Source: Mobula hypostoma (taxonomy: Eukaryota). Taken from it: 64,000 nucleotides of DNA. This document shows positions 63,075 to 64,000 of the stretch, piece after piece. Numbering within the stretch: position 1 is the stretch's first letter; each line of letters opens with the position of its first letter. The stretch lies in NCBI RefSeq assembly GCF_963921235.1, contig NC_086097.1:152708001-152772000 (forward strand). The letters run 5' to 3'. The translations under genes and the position numbers were made by a program. The notes under the pieces were generated by a model. The model saw only the letters and a list, made by a program, of their open reading frames with translations. It was not told the origin of the DNA and searched no databases.

Positions 63075-64000
63075 TTTATTTCCTGGTTTGAATCTTTAAT
63101 AGCATGTGGCTAGTGGATGGAACACAGTGAACTTGGACTTATCATTTCTAAATCCTCCAGCATTGTTTCTTTTTCATAAAATTTCTGTGCCTGTTATAGA
63201 TTAATTCTTCAAGATTTATTGTCAATAGTTTCATTGTCACAGAACTACTGTGATCATAAAAGTTAAATTAGATGGACATGGCCCTTGAGCAAATTTTATG
63301 CCCTCTGAAACTGTTGATACATCCTTTTCTTTCACCTTATTCTCCTTTTAAAATTGGTTCTTTTATTTCCCTAGTCATTTAAGACTAATGAATTTAAAGT
63401 TGCTAGGACTTGTTTTATCTTAATGAAGTTTATCAATTTGTAGATTTTTTCATCCCTTCTATTACATTCTTATGTGCAGACCATACATACTTGAGAATTT
63501 ATTGGGTCTGAGCATATTATACTTGTATATGTATCCAGAAAGTGATGCTAATGTCATTTAATTGTGTTATGGAATCTTGAAAATGAAATGGATGAAAAAT
63601 AGACCATCTTTGACCTGAAACATTGACTCTATTCTCTTCTCACAGATGTGGCCAAGACTGCTGAGTATTTTCAGATTTTGTTTTTATTTTTGATATGGAA
63701 ACGTCCTTTGATAGGCAGCATGGAACCAGCACGTTCTCTCATGAATACTTGCAGCTTTAATTGAATGCGTAAATTATTTTTAGATAATTTCCGACTACAA
63801 TCCCATTCATAGCCTCAGTTCACCAGCAGTAATTCTCTTCAACTGGAAGCACTGGAAGAATGTCTCAAACTTGCATTTGACATCTGTTGGAATGGTTATT
63901 ACTAGTCACCTCTCCTTTTATTTAATTAAGCATTCTTTTTACCTGTTTCTTATTCCTTACATTTACACATAATCCTCCCATCAGGCATTGTATAATTTGT

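Overview
This is eukaryotic, vertebrate-type non-coding DNA (intergenic or deep intronic). The repeat families (HER1-like CR1 LINEs, HE1/V-SINE-like SINEs, Rex1/Babar LINEs, GIY-YIG Penelope-like elements) point to a cartilaginous fish, probably a ray; that is an inference. I found no host protein-coding exon, rRNA, tRNA gene or CRISPR array. The window is a nested mosaic of transposable elements: many CR1 and Rex1/Babar LINE fragments (one Rex1 copy keeps a 736-codon ORF), RTE LINEs, three Gypsy-type LTR relics plus a solo LTR, a Tc1 derivative, a Tigger/pogo derivative and V-SINEs. The most notable signal is a Penelope-like retroelement (PLE) family carrying minimal hammerhead ribozymes (CTGACGA-stem II-GAAA-CG-TC, closed by stem I). 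It occurs as a 1.5-kb foldback insertion (543-2062, 14-bp TSD, one hammerhead per strand) and as a ~375-bp non-coding mini-element (24610-24986, 13-bp TSD) with three hammerheads; two are in tandem 98 nt apart and could release a ~98-nt RNA. Hammerheads in PLEs are a known class, so any novelty lies in these specific architectures. Family assignments come from motif recognition without database searches, and boundaries of degraded elements are approximate.
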